A stretch of DNA of 32,000 nt from an uncultured bacterium (GTDB lineage: Bacteria; Patescibacteriota; Gracilibacteria; UBA1369; PNNO01): positions 1,320,001 to 1,352,000 of the forward strand of contig OY969931.1 of the NCBI GenBank assembly GCA_963704705.1, given 5' to 3'. Numbering within the stretch: the first letter of the stretch is position 1; every line of letters starts with the position of its first letter. The position numbers and the translations under genes were made by a program. Shown piece after piece: positions 8,691 through 16,766 of the stretch. The notes beneath the pieces are model-generated. The model saw only the letters and a list, made by a program, of their open reading frames with translations, was not told the DNA's origin and did not search any database.

Positions 8691-8986
8691 CTCGGCGAGC
8701 TTGTGTTGGTTAAGGTGGTTCAAAACACCAAGGTTTTCTTTCGCGGGAAAGCTAAAGGTGTGTCCCCCCGTTTGAACCTTGATCAGCGCAAGCTCCTTAT
8801 GGGAGAGAAAGGCAGCCGGTTTGCGTTTTGGAACGCTTCCTACCTGCCCTTACTCTCCCCCTAAAAACAACCTGCTGTTGAGACCTTAACTGTGTACGCA
8901 GCGGTTCAAATATCGAGAGGCAACTTGATAAGAGCTCGGCTCGGATCCTCAAGATCCACGCTCATTATCACTTGCCTCTCCTTTTT
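8691..8986 (+). ncRNA. Candidate structured ncRNA 1, family unknown
   Basis: No convincing ORF. Nested helices: GAGCTTG(8697-8703)/CAAGCTC(8789-8795); GGTTCAAA(8717-8724)/TTTGAACC(8771-8778); GGGAGAG(8801-8807)/CTCTCCC(8853-8859); GGCAG(8811-8815)/CTGCC(8844-8848); GCGTTttggAACGC(8823-8836). Ends in a terminator hairpin. Confidence 0.65.
8915..8986 (+). terminator. Long terminator-like hairpin ending ncRNA 1
   Basis: GAGAGGCAA(8915-8923)/TTGCCTCTC(8972-8980), inner GGATCctcaaGATCC, followed by CTTTTT. Confidence 0.7.
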
Positions 8987-8988
8987 CA

Positions 8989-9020
8989 GTTACTTAGTAA
9001 CCCCCTACTTACTAAGTAAC
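8989..9020. repeat. Palindromic short repeat pair
   Basis: GTTACTTAGTAA(8989-9000) ccccctac TTACTAAGTAAC(9009-9020), a perfect 12-bp inverted repeat. Confidence 0.9.
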
Positions 9021-9023
9021 TAG

Positions 9024-9051
9024 TTGACAAACCTCCGCTTACGTATATAAT
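9024..9051 (+). promoter_or_regulatory. Consensus sigma70-like promoter for ncRNA 2
   Basis: TTGACA (9024-9029), 16-nt spacer, TATAAT (9046-9051). The expected start coincides with the first helix at 9057. Confidence 0.8.
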
Positions 9052-9056
9052 AACTT

Positions 9057-9405
9057 CCCATTGAGAGAAACTGGTCATGTTGACCTCCTTTAACAGGGTG
9101 TGGCAAATATAATTTTTATTATTATTTGGTTCTCTCGATGGGTTAAAACAAGACACTTTGGCGCTCAGCGTTTAGAGCTTAAGCAGCCAAAGTTAAAAGT
9201 TATGGGAAAGCAGGGAGGGACAGGTTGACCTTACCTCCCCGGGCATGTCTCGCGAAGGTCCCGCCTCCCTTGCTTTCCCGCCTCATCGGAGGAGTTCAGA
9301 ATTAAGCCAAGAAATCGTTCCCTGGAAAGGAATGATGGCTGTCTGGATCAGTAACGTGGTGCTCTACCATGTGAACATCTAGGATTCTAACTCCTCCACT
9401 TTTTT
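9057..9405 (+). ncRNA. Candidate structured ncRNA 2, about 350 nt, family unknown
   Basis: Helices: CCCATTGAGAGAA(9057-9069)/TTCTCTCGATGGG(9130-9142), 13 bp with one GU; ACTTTGGC(9156-9163)/GCCAAAGT(9187-9194); GGGAAAGCAGGGAGG(9205-9219)/CCTCCC-t-TGCTTTCCC(9264-9279); GGAGGAGTTcAGAAT(9288-9302)/ATTCTAACTCCTCC(9384-9397) enclosing two hairpins; final T6 (9400-9405). Confidence 0.8.
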
Positions 9406-10518
9406 ATAAACATTATAAGTTGAGTCAGCATAACCCTGCCACGTATATTTTTCCGCTTGTTTTAGACCTTTTGCTAGTATTTTGTCGTATAATTCTTCAT
9501 TTTCAACAAGCTGTGAAATAGTATCTGAAATAGAGTGAGGATCGCGCGGATCAAAATAAAGCGCCGCCTCTCCAAGGGCTTCCGGAAGGCTGGCCGCATC
9601 AGATGAAACAACCGGTGTGCCGCAAGCCATAGCTTCAAGCGGCGGTAATCCAAATCCTTCATATATAGAAGGAAAAACAAAAATATAAGCCATATTATAA
9701 AAAGCCACGAGCTCTTCATCCGGCACGTTCTGAATAATATGCACACTTCCGCTTAAACCTAGATTTTTAATTTGTCTGTTTAATCTGCCCACTCCTCCTT
9801 TTAAGGTTGTGTAGCCAATCAGTAAAAGGTGGATATCCATATATTTTCGTCTGAAAATTTTAAAAGCGCGAAGTAGATTATCAATATTCTTTCTTTTTAA
9901 ATCCAAAGCTCCCACGCATAGTAAATATTTTTTTCCTGGTGTTAAACCGTGCATCAAATAAAAAGAATCCGGAGCGTCGCCGTAAGCTTTAAATTGCTCA
10001 TTTACAGGCGGATAAGCAACTGAAATTTTTTCTTCCGGAATATTTAAATGCTTCATTATATCGGATTTTGTATATTCGGAATTCGCTATAATGTGCGTAG
10101 CTTTTTTCATGCCTTTATACGCCCATTTAATAAACCATCTGAATTTTCGTGAAGATTCGCCTTTAACAACCAAAGGAATCAGATCAAGACAACTCACAAT
10201 GGTTTTTTTAGTTGGCAAATAATTAAGCATAAAAGATTCTTCCGCAAACATTATGTGCTTGATTCTGTTGTGCTTAAACTCTTCTTTATATTTAATTGGA
10301 TGATAAAAATGATTAAGTAAATGCCTCCAAATAGTGTATTTTCGACCCTTTAAAGGGTATAGGTGCACTATTTTAAAACTTACTCTATCATCCAAAATAT
10401 CAAAAAATGGGCCTTCGTAATGACGCTTATAACCTGTCATAGTTTTGTCATCCCCAGTTTCAACAAAGTTTTTTTCGCCTATATAAAGCGTTACCGGTAT
10501 TTTTTTGTTATCGTTCAT
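9379..10518 (-). CDS. Glycosyltransferase family 4
   Basis: Listed ORF 9379..10530. [98 protein letters not shown] are the GT-B signature. Start assigned to MNDNKK. Confidence 0.9.
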   Translation of the reverse strand: MNDNKKIPVTLYIGEKNFVETGDDKTMTGYKRHYEGPFFDILDDRVSFKIVHLYPLKGRKYTIWRHLLNHFYHPIKYKEEFKHNRIKHIMFAEESFMLNYLPTKKTIVSCLDLIPLVVKGESSRKFRWFIKWAYKGMKKATHIIANSEYTKSDIMKHLNIPEEKISVAYPPVNEQFKAYGDAPDSFYLMHGLTPGKKYLLCVGALDLKRKNIDNLLRAFKIFRRKYMDIHLLLIGYTTLKGGVGRLNRQIKNLGLSGSVHIIQNVPDEELVAFYNMAYIFVFPSIYEGFGLPPLEAMACGTPVVSSDAASLPEALGEAALYFDPRDPHSISDTISQLVENEELYDKILAKGLKQAEKYTWQGYADSTYNVYKKVEELES

Positions 10519-10557
10519 AGCAAAAAGCATTATAACTTCTATTGATTCTAATTTGAA

Positions 10558-10848
10558 GTGTTATTAAAATACTTTTTCGGAAGTTTAAAAAAAAATATGG
10601 AAAATTTTAATAAAAAAAATCCGGAAAATACAGTCAGTGGAGTTGTTGAGACTAAAGATGAAATTGTCATTAATCGTCTTAAAGAACTAGCGCAACAAAC
10701 TAATGCTCAATCACTTTTTGTATTTAAAATAGCTGAAAAAACAGCAAGATCGCATCATGATATGGAAGTATTTTTAAAATTACGTGATGATTATGCAAAG
10801 CAGCAAGCAGCAAAACGTTCTCGAGCGCTTAGAAAAAGAACGTTCTGA
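10558..10848 (+). CDS. Small hypothetical protein
   Basis: 96-aa ORF in a gap, overlapping the start of the next ORF by 65 nt. The real start may be the internal Met at MENFNKK (10597). Confidence 0.45.
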   Translation: MLLKYFFGSLKKNMENFNKKNPENTVSGVVETKDEIVINRLKELAQQTNAQSLFVFKIAEKTARSHHDMEVFLKLRDDYAKQQAAKRSRALRKRTF

Positions 10849-11350
10849 AACAAACAATCAGTTTTGGACTATCGATCATGAAACAGGTGAATTTTTGCGA
10901 AATTTAATTATTAAACACAATATAAAAAAAGTTCTCGAAATCGGCACTTCAATTGGATATTCGGGTATTTGGCTTGCTACAGGCCTGCGTGAAACAGGCG
11001 GCAAACTTTATACAGTTGAATCAAAAAAAGAACGCTTTGATATGGCAGCAGCCAATTTTGCCGAAGCTGGTGTTGACGATATTGTTCAGCAAATTTTTGG
11101 ACATGCACCTGATGTAAAAATTCCTGACATGATAGAAATGCTCTTTCTGGATGCAACAAAATTCGAATATAAATATTATCTTTCAACGTATCTTTTCCAT
11201 ATGAAAAAAGGCGGAATTATTGTTGCAGATAACTCAATAAGCCATGCAGAAAAACTCGCGGATTACAAAAAAATGGTAATGGATTCAAGCCAATTCAAAA
11301 CTGAACTTAAGGAAATTGGGACCGGTCTTTTAATATCGGAAATTCTATAA
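10784..11350 (+). CDS. O-methyltransferase-like SAM-dependent methyltransferase
   Basis: FLRNLIIKHNIKKVLEIGTSIGYSGIWLATGLRETGGKLYTVE...DMIEMLFLDATKFEYKYYLSTYLFHMKKGGIIVADN, as in the COG4122 family. Confidence 0.85.
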   Translation: MMIMQSSKQQNVLERLEKERSETNNQFWTIDHETGEFLRNLIIKHNIKKVLEIGTSIGYSGIWLATGLRETGGKLYTVESKKERFDMAAANFAEAGVDDIVQQIFGHAPDVKIPDMIEMLFLDATKFEYKYYLSTYLFHMKKGGIIVADNSISHAEKLADYKKMVMDSSQFKTELKEIGTGLLISEIL

Positions 11351-11421
11351 GAAAAAAGCCCCTGTGCATATTGCTAGCTTTTTAATAGCAATTTGCATAT
11401 GTCGTTTTCGCGCGCTGCCCG

Positions 11422-12264
11422 CTACTTCTCCAATATCAAATAAAACGCAGAAGCAAGCCTGTGTGCCTCTTTTCGTTTTCTGAAAAAAACATCAAAATAT
11501 TTTATTGGAGCAGTGAAATATGCAAACACAGAGCGCCCGATTCTATATGCTTTCTCTGAATTAAATGAAAATAAAATCGCTAAATATTCCTGTAAAAACC
11601 AAGCCAAAGCGCTTGAGGGCCCAACTGAAATTCCTTCCTCCAATATTCTAAAATCCTTAAAAAACTCGTGCAAACCATTTATTGAAAATCTTTGATAATC
11701 ATCAGGCACAGCATGAAAAGGCTGCATAAAAGGCACTTTCGCATATATCCTGCCGCTGTTCTTAAGCACTCGTTGCAACTCATCGCGCACTTTTGAAGGA
11801 TCTCTTAAATGCTCAAAAACATTTTTAATAATTATGCCGTCCAAACTGCCATCCTTAAAAGGCAATTCGTGGGCATCCGCAACAATATCAATATTAGGAT
11901 AATAAGCTATGTCTAAATTATAAACGCCCGGGATTTTTTTGGATAATGATCCGATATTCACAACAATATCTCCCTCCCCGAAATCTTTCAAAAACTTTTC
12001 AAGCTCAGGTCCTTCGTCATTTGAAGTGCGTAAATTTTGAAAATAAACTGAATGATGTGGTGGCTTGAAAAAGCGAAAAATTCGCTTTAGCAACCCGGTC
12101 TTTCCTTTTTGATGCTGCTTAACCGCTCCAACTTCAATATCATCAATAAAAATCGGCACGTTATCTTGTTCTTTATATTTTTTACCGCATGAAGTGCACG
12201 CCAGCTCATTTAGCTCAGCCTTACACTTCGGGCAAATTAATATTTTAAACAGATGGTTGTTCAT
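11422..12264 (-). CDS. SAM-dependent methyltransferase with N-terminal Trm112-like zinc domain
   Basis: LICPKCKAELNELACTSCGKKYKEQDNVPIFI zinc domain, then a methyltransferase-like region (DIVVNIGSLSKKIPGVYNLDIAYYPNIDIVADAHELPFKDGSLDGIIIKNVFEHLRDP). Start moved from 12309 to the internal Met. Confidence 0.8.
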   Translation of the reverse strand: MNNHLFKILICPKCKAELNELACTSCGKKYKEQDNVPIFIDDIEVGAVKQHQKGKTGLLKRIFRFFKPPHHSVYFQNLRTSNDEGPELEKFLKDFGEGDIVVNIGSLSKKIPGVYNLDIAYYPNIDIVADAHELPFKDGSLDGIIIKNVFEHLRDPSKVRDELQRVLKNSGRIYAKVPFMQPFHAVPDDYQRFSINGLHEFFKDFRILEEGISVGPSSALAWFLQEYLAILFSFNSEKAYRIGRSVFAYFTAPIKYFDVFFRKRKEAHRLASAFYLILEK

Positions 12265-15091
12265 TTGGCGGTGGTAGCGAATCTTCAACAGGAGGCGTTG
12301 CTGATTCAAAAGGGAGATAATCTTCAGGTATTGTTGTAGGGCCTTCTGTCGGAGTATCTGCAGTTGAATCGCCCTTTATTCTTATTTCAATTGATGATTC
12401 CGCTGTATAACCGCTTATGTCGGTAAGTACCGCTCTTATAGTGTGTGTTGACCCTGGTTCAAGGAATCGTGAAATTCTAAGGCTGCCAGTGTATGGAGCC
12501 GACCTTGAAGTATTCTGCAATGTACCGTCAAGATAATAAGTTACGGAATTTATTTCTAGATCACTTTGAGCTTTAACTGAAACCTGCAAATTTCCGGATT
12601 CCACTTTTGAATAATTTGATGGATCCTGTATTTTAATCGAACGTTTTGCATTTAAGTATTCTTTTGAACATAACGGACTGTAATCTGTTGGAGGAACGCC
12701 AATATTCACGCCTTCATCTTTTGATGCCATAGCCGCTGCCCAAGCCTGCACAGCTGCTTCCCAAACTGCATTTGTAGGATCTATCGAATGATGAACCTGA
12801 TAAGATCTTTCTTCTACTTCTTCTTTAGGACACCATTCATTTGCCAATAATCCGTTACGTTTATCAACATTAACAACTGTATAAGACCTATCAACTTCGG
12901 TTGGAATTCCGAAGCTGGCATAAATTTCGCTTCTTACGCTGCCATCAGGTGTATTTGATCCAGGAAGCTGTCCGTTTGAAGCGCTTACAGTAACTGTTTG
13001 TATGCCCGGAGGTCTTGGGAATTCTTCACGCGCATATCCTTTAACTTCAGCTGCCTTAGTCATAAAATTCTTAAAGATAGGCGCTGCCGCTTCATAACCA
13101 TTTGCAGTTGCTACAAGGTTGCCGCTCTTTCTGTCATCACTGTTACCAGCCCAGACACCTGTTACAATATGCGTTGTGTAACCCATTGTCCACAAGTTAC
13201 TTGGAATATTAATATTATTTACTACTTTGTTTGAAGTACCTGTTTTAGCTGCATTAACCTGACCAGGTACTGTCATCGAAGGTCCAAGTCTTACAGATAA
13301 ATCAGATAAAATATTTGTTATTAAATAAGCTATCTGCGGATCAAGTACTTCTTCATATTCCTGATTATCATCCCATTGCTCCAAAACATCCCCCTGTGCG
13401 TTTGTAATTTTTAAAATACTAACCGGCGGAACTCTTTTTCCTCCATTGGCAAAAGTAGCATATGCGGAAGTATGATCCAAAAGCGTAACTTCAGCTGTAC
13501 CAAGCGCCAAAGGCCATCCGTAATCACGGTCTTTTGTTAAAAAGTGAATACCCATTTTCTCAGCAAGATTCAAAATAGGCTCTTGTCCTCCACCCAAGAA
13601 ATACATCTTAATTGCCGGAATATTTCGAGATTGTGCAAGTGCTCTTCTTATAGTCATAGGCCCCTGAAATGTTCCGTCGTAGTTATCAGGCGGATCACCA
13701 CCACCAAAAGGAGTTCTAACATCATAAACAATATTACCCGGTGAATATCTGTTATAAAAAGCCTGCGCATAAACATAAGGCTTAAACGATGAACCCGGTT
13801 GTCTATATGAAGTTGCGATATTTACATTACCGTCAATGTCTTCATTATAATAATCTGCTGATCCAACCATAGCCAAAATCTGGCCGTTATTAGGGTCGAT
13901 TGAAACTAATGCTGCGTTTGTTGCATTAAATCTCGCATTAGCTGCAGCACCATCTTCAATTGCGGTTTCAGCCAAATTCTGAAGTTCCGGATCTATGGTT
14001 GTATAAACCTGCAAGCCTCCCTGTTCAACAACTTCTTTTCCGTATTTTTCTTCAAGTTGCTCAATCACATAAAACACAAAGTGCGGTGCTTCTATTTTAT
14101 CAACATGCTTTTCCATCTCTAAATTCTGCAATTTTCCCCAGGCCTCATCTTTTTCTTCTTTTGTAATATATCCGTCCTCATACATTTTTCTTAATATCAA
14201 ATCAGCACGACCTGGTATATAAATTCCGTCTCCGTTCGCATACTGATAACCTTTTCCAATTAAACCCATCTTATAATCCACATCTTTTGTTAAATATGAA
14301 GAATCTGTTAGATCCTTGCTTTCAAGAAGTTCAATTGGAACAATCAGTTCTGAATATTTATTTGAACCGTAAGGATTATAATAAGAAGGAGCCTGTGGAA
14401 GCCCTGCCAAAAGCGCACTTTCAGCTATGTCAAGATCCTTGGCGTCTTTATCAAAATAAATTTCAGCTGCTTTTTGTGCACCATACGCATTATTTCCATA
14501 TGGAATTTTATTTAAATAAAGTTCCATAATCGTCTGTTTATCATAAGCCTGTTCAAGCCTTACAGCCAAAATAAGCTCTTTAATTTTTCTTGTATAACTT
14601 CGTTCATTTGTAAGGAACGCGTTTTTAACATATTGCTGCGTAATAGTTGAACCTCCGCGTTGCGCGCCAAACCCAAAAGCTTCATGCAATCCGGCTTTTA
14701 TCAAGCCCGGAATATCAAAACCTTTATGAGTCCAGAACTGATCATCTTCAATTGCAACTGTAGCATCAACCAAATGTTTGGAAATCTGGTCATAAGGAAC
14801 ATATTTTCTGTTTTCATCACCGTGTTTCACATACAAAACATTCCCATCTCTATCGTATATGGTTGTTGACTGCGCTACGCTCAATTTGTCGATATCTCTG
14901 ACATCAGGCAGTCCAACACTTAATATTGCAATTAGTATTGTAAGCACAATTACTCCCGCCAAAAACAGCGTTAAAAATCCGGCCAGAATTAAAATCGCGA
15001 TTTTTTTAGCGGAAAATTTATCTCCCTGTTTAATCTTTAGGAGTGCCTTAATTTTTTGATGGATATTATTCATAAATGTATGGTTTTTCAA
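12245..15091 (-). CDS. Class A penicillin-binding protein (PBP1A-like)
   Basis: Glycosyltransferase motifs EDDQFWTHKGFD, RGGSTITQQYVKNAFL, ELYLNKIPYGNNAYGAQKAAEIYF. Transpeptidase motifs YRQPGSSFKPY, SRNIPA, KTGTSN. The start may be the internal Met at 15073. Confidence 0.95.
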   Translation of the reverse strand: MKNHTFMNNIHQKIKALLKIKQGDKFSAKKIAILILAGFLTLFLAGVIVLTILIAILSVGLPDVRDIDKLSVAQSTTIYDRDGNVLYVKHGDENRKYVPYDQISKHLVDATVAIEDDQFWTHKGFDIPGLIKAGLHEAFGFGAQRGGSTITQQYVKNAFLTNERSYTRKIKELILAVRLEQAYDKQTIMELYLNKIPYGNNAYGAQKAAEIYFDKDAKDLDIAESALLAGLPQAPSYYNPYGSNKYSELIVPIELLESKDLTDSSYLTKDVDYKMGLIGKGYQYANGDGIYIPGRADLILRKMYEDGYITKEEKDEAWGKLQNLEMEKHVDKIEAPHFVFYVIEQLEEKYGKEVVEQGGLQVYTTIDPELQNLAETAIEDGAAANARFNATNAALVSIDPNNGQILAMVGSADYYNEDIDGNVNIATSYRQPGSSFKPYVYAQAFYNRYSPGNIVYDVRTPFGGGDPPDNYDGTFQGPMTIRRALAQSRNIPAIKMYFLGGGQEPILNLAEKMGIHFLTKDRDYGWPLALGTAEVTLLDHTSAYATFANGGKRVPPVSILKITNAQGDVLEQWDDNQEYEEVLDPQIAYLITNILSDLSVRLGPSMTVPGQVNAAKTGTSNKVVNNINIPSNLWTMGYTTHIVTGVWAGNSDDRKSGNLVATANGYEAAAPIFKNFMTKAAEVKGYAREEFPRPPGIQTVTVSASNGQLPGSNTPDGSVRSEIYASFGIPTEVDRSYTVVNVDKRNGLLANEWCPKEEVEERSYQVHHSIDPTNAVWEAAVQAWAAAMASKDEGVNIGVPPTDYSPLCSKEYLNAKRSIKIQDPSNYSKVESGNLQVSVKAQSDLEINSVTYYLDGTLQNTSRSAPYTGSLRISRFLEPGSTHTIRAVLTDISGYTAESSIEIRIKGDSTADTPTEGPTTIPEDYLPFESATPPVEDSLPPPNEQPSV

Positions 15092-15096
15092 GATAA

Positions 15097-15132
15097 AAAA
15101 CGGCCTTCAAATTTTATAGGAAAAGGCCTTGA
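15097..15132 (-). terminator. Probable intrinsic terminator of ORF 15145..15702
   Basis: On the minus strand: AAGGCCTTTTCCTATAAAATTTGAAGGCCGTTTTTT. Confidence 0.6.
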
Positions 15133-15144
15133 GTAGCAATATTA

Positions 15145-15702
15145 TTAGAACAGAGTAAGTGGTACTGTAAATTCAAAAGCTTCACCGTTTATAGCGCTGC
15201 CTTTAAAGGTAATAAGGGCTGTATTGCCTGCGCCTTCATATTTTGCAGTATTAGTACCGTTTATATAAGGTTCAACAAATCGCAAATCACCATCTCCGGC
15301 TGGAATATCGAGCTCATCTTCGTAAAGAGTCTCCCCGTCTATTCCAATCGCTGTTACAGCAACACCCTGAGCATTTTCGCTTAAAGAATATTGTATATAA
15401 ATTCCAACTGAAGTTTTACCGTCAATAGAGCGAATATTTTGTGTTACTCCAAGTTTAAATGGTCCATAATCATTATTTTGTAATATTTCCGGTACGTCGT
15501 CTATATTCGGCCTGTCTGTTTTGTTATTTTCAGCAGAACACGATGACAAACCCGCAGCACCAATTGCCAATAGTGCTAAAATACGAAATTTGTGCGCAAA
15601 AGAATTCACCTGCGTAATTGCCGGCTTTGCTTGTGTTTCAGGTTCTTTTCGTAGCTCTCGTGTCTCTCGTAATTCTGAATGTGTCATTGGCGTCTCAGCC
15701 AT
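15145..15702 (-). CDS. Hypothetical membrane-anchored or lipoprotein-like protein
   Basis: Hydrophobic segment with lipobox-like Cys (ILALLAIGAAGLSSCS) preceded by an unusually long basic N-terminus, then a beta-rich domain. Confidence 0.65.
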   Translation of the reverse strand: MAETPMTHSELRETRELRKEPETQAKPAITQVNSFAHKFRILALLAIGAAGLSSCSAENNKTDRPNIDDVPEILQNNDYGPFKLGVTQNIRSIDGKTSVGIYIQYSLSENAQGVAVTAIGIDGETLYEDELDIPAGDGDLRFVEPYINGTNTAKYEGAGNTALITFKGSAINGEAFEFTVPLTLF

Positions 15703-15771
15703 GATTTACAAATTACTCGTAAGTACTCATATTGTCTCCAAAAAGCCAAAAAAGTCAAGCGGAAGTGAAGA

Positions 15772-15810
15772 TTACTTACCGAGTAAGGTGGTCTTACCGA
15801 GTAAGCACTT
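15772..15810. repeat. Two palindromic repeat units of the CCGAGTAAG subtype
   Basis: CTTACCGAGTAAG at 15775-15787 and 15793-15805. Confidence 0.8.
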
Positions 15811-15892
15811 GCAATTTTTCAAAAAACCAGTATTATAACAACTCTACGAATACAAATCGCGCTCATTTAAATACAGTTTTTTTGCTTATGGC

Positions 15893-15979
15893 AGCGCTGG
15901 AAAACACTTTGTGAAGGTACCTTTGGGCGAGCATTCCTGGTCCAATCACGCAAATATCACAGGGTGTTATGCTGGCGCT
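15893..15979 (+). promoter_or_regulatory. Structured leader RNA candidate upstream of ORF 16034..16711
   Basis: AACACTTTGTG(15903-15913) pairs with CACAGGGTGTT(15958-15968), 11 bp including GU pairs. Outer AGCGC(15893-15897)/GCGCT(15975-15979). Confidence 0.45.
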
Positions 15980-16033
15980 CCAAGCAGTAACGGAGCCTGA
16001 AAGTTCAACATACTCACACGAGGGGGGACGCTT

Positions 16034-16711
16034 ATGCGGAACGCCATCGCTACGTTTATGTTGGGCTTGGCTCTCAGCCTGCCTGTTGGACAGGCCAGCG
16101 CGTCGCCCCAGCCTTCAGATGCCGGGGTACAAAACGGTGATAATGATTACGTCCTTTGCGTCGAGCAACTTGGTGAGGAGGAGTGGTTAGTACATCAGTG
16201 GGTGGAAGACGGAGCCCCTTGTAGGTTCTCAATCCCGCCTTATGGTGTAATGGTGCGTCTCGACTATGGGGAAATGATCATTACTCCGTCTGAGGGCATG
16301 ATTGAACACGGGACCGCTCGTGTTTACACGGCTGGAATGCCCTTCAGAGTCATAGGAGACCAGGCTCATTTAGTCTCGTCGAACGACATTGTCGACCTCG
16401 TTGTTGAGGACGGCTTGACGGTTATCCTCTCGAAAGAGGGGGAAGCGTCCGTTGTTTCGTGCGAGATGAGTCTGGATCCAAACTGTGTAAGACGTGGATA
16501 CTACTTGCTTGAAGGTCACCTCCTGGCTCTTAAGTCTAACGGCGCATTGTATGCGTGGGAAGACGAAGAGTGCCGGGACATTAGCCCGAAATCAAGTGGT
16601 TGCAACGCTGCAGCTGGATACGGGGGCCCGGGACCCTTAAGCCTCCTAGGCTTCCTTTTCCTCACAGCTTCGTGGTTCTGGCGGCGACGTTCGCGTCGCT
16701 CGCTCAAGTAG
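16034..16711 (+). CDS. Secreted hypothetical protein with MYXO-CTERM-like C-terminal tail
   Basis: Signal peptide (MRNAIATFMLGLALSLPVGQASA). C-terminus SGCNAAAGYGGPGPLSLLGFLFLTASWFWRRRSRRSLK. RBS-like gagggggg upstream. GC-rich. Confidence 0.8.
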   Translation: MRNAIATFMLGLALSLPVGQASASPQPSDAGVQNGDNDYVLCVEQLGEEEWLVHQWVEDGAPCRFSIPPYGVMVRLDYGEMIITPSEGMIEHGTARVYTAGMPFRVIGDQAHLVSSNDIVDLVVEDGLTVILSKEGEASVVSCEMSLDPNCVRRGYYLLEGHLLALKSNGALYAWEDEECRDISPKSSGCNAAAGYGGPGPLSLLGFLFLTASWFWRRRSRRSLK

Positions 16712-16724
16712 CCCAATCAAATTG

Positions 16725-16766
16725 CCCTTCTGGATTGGTTCATGCGTGAATCCAGGAGGGTCTCTT
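16725..16766 (+). terminator. Terminator-like hairpin after ORF 16034..16711
   Basis: CCCTTCTGGATT(16725-16736)/AATCCAGGAGGG(16749-16760), a 12-bp stem with one GU, followed by tctctttt that runs into the pheT stop. Confidence 0.75.

Noticed and set aside
8691-9405. RNase P RNA, tmRNA or SRP RNA
   Set aside because: I searched by eye on both strands for the conserved cores (GAGGAAAGUCC, ACAGAAA, tRNA-like T-arm with CCA, GGAAGGAAGCAGCC) and did not find them. A covariance-model scan is needed before excluding highly diverged forms.
10558-11350. Frameshift joining the 96-aa ORF and the methyltransferase ORF
   Set aside because: The overlap is 65 nt, but the methyltransferase ORF already has a complete recognisable domain and the upstream ORF shows no methyltransferase motifs. 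They look like separate genes, or the downstream gene starts later.
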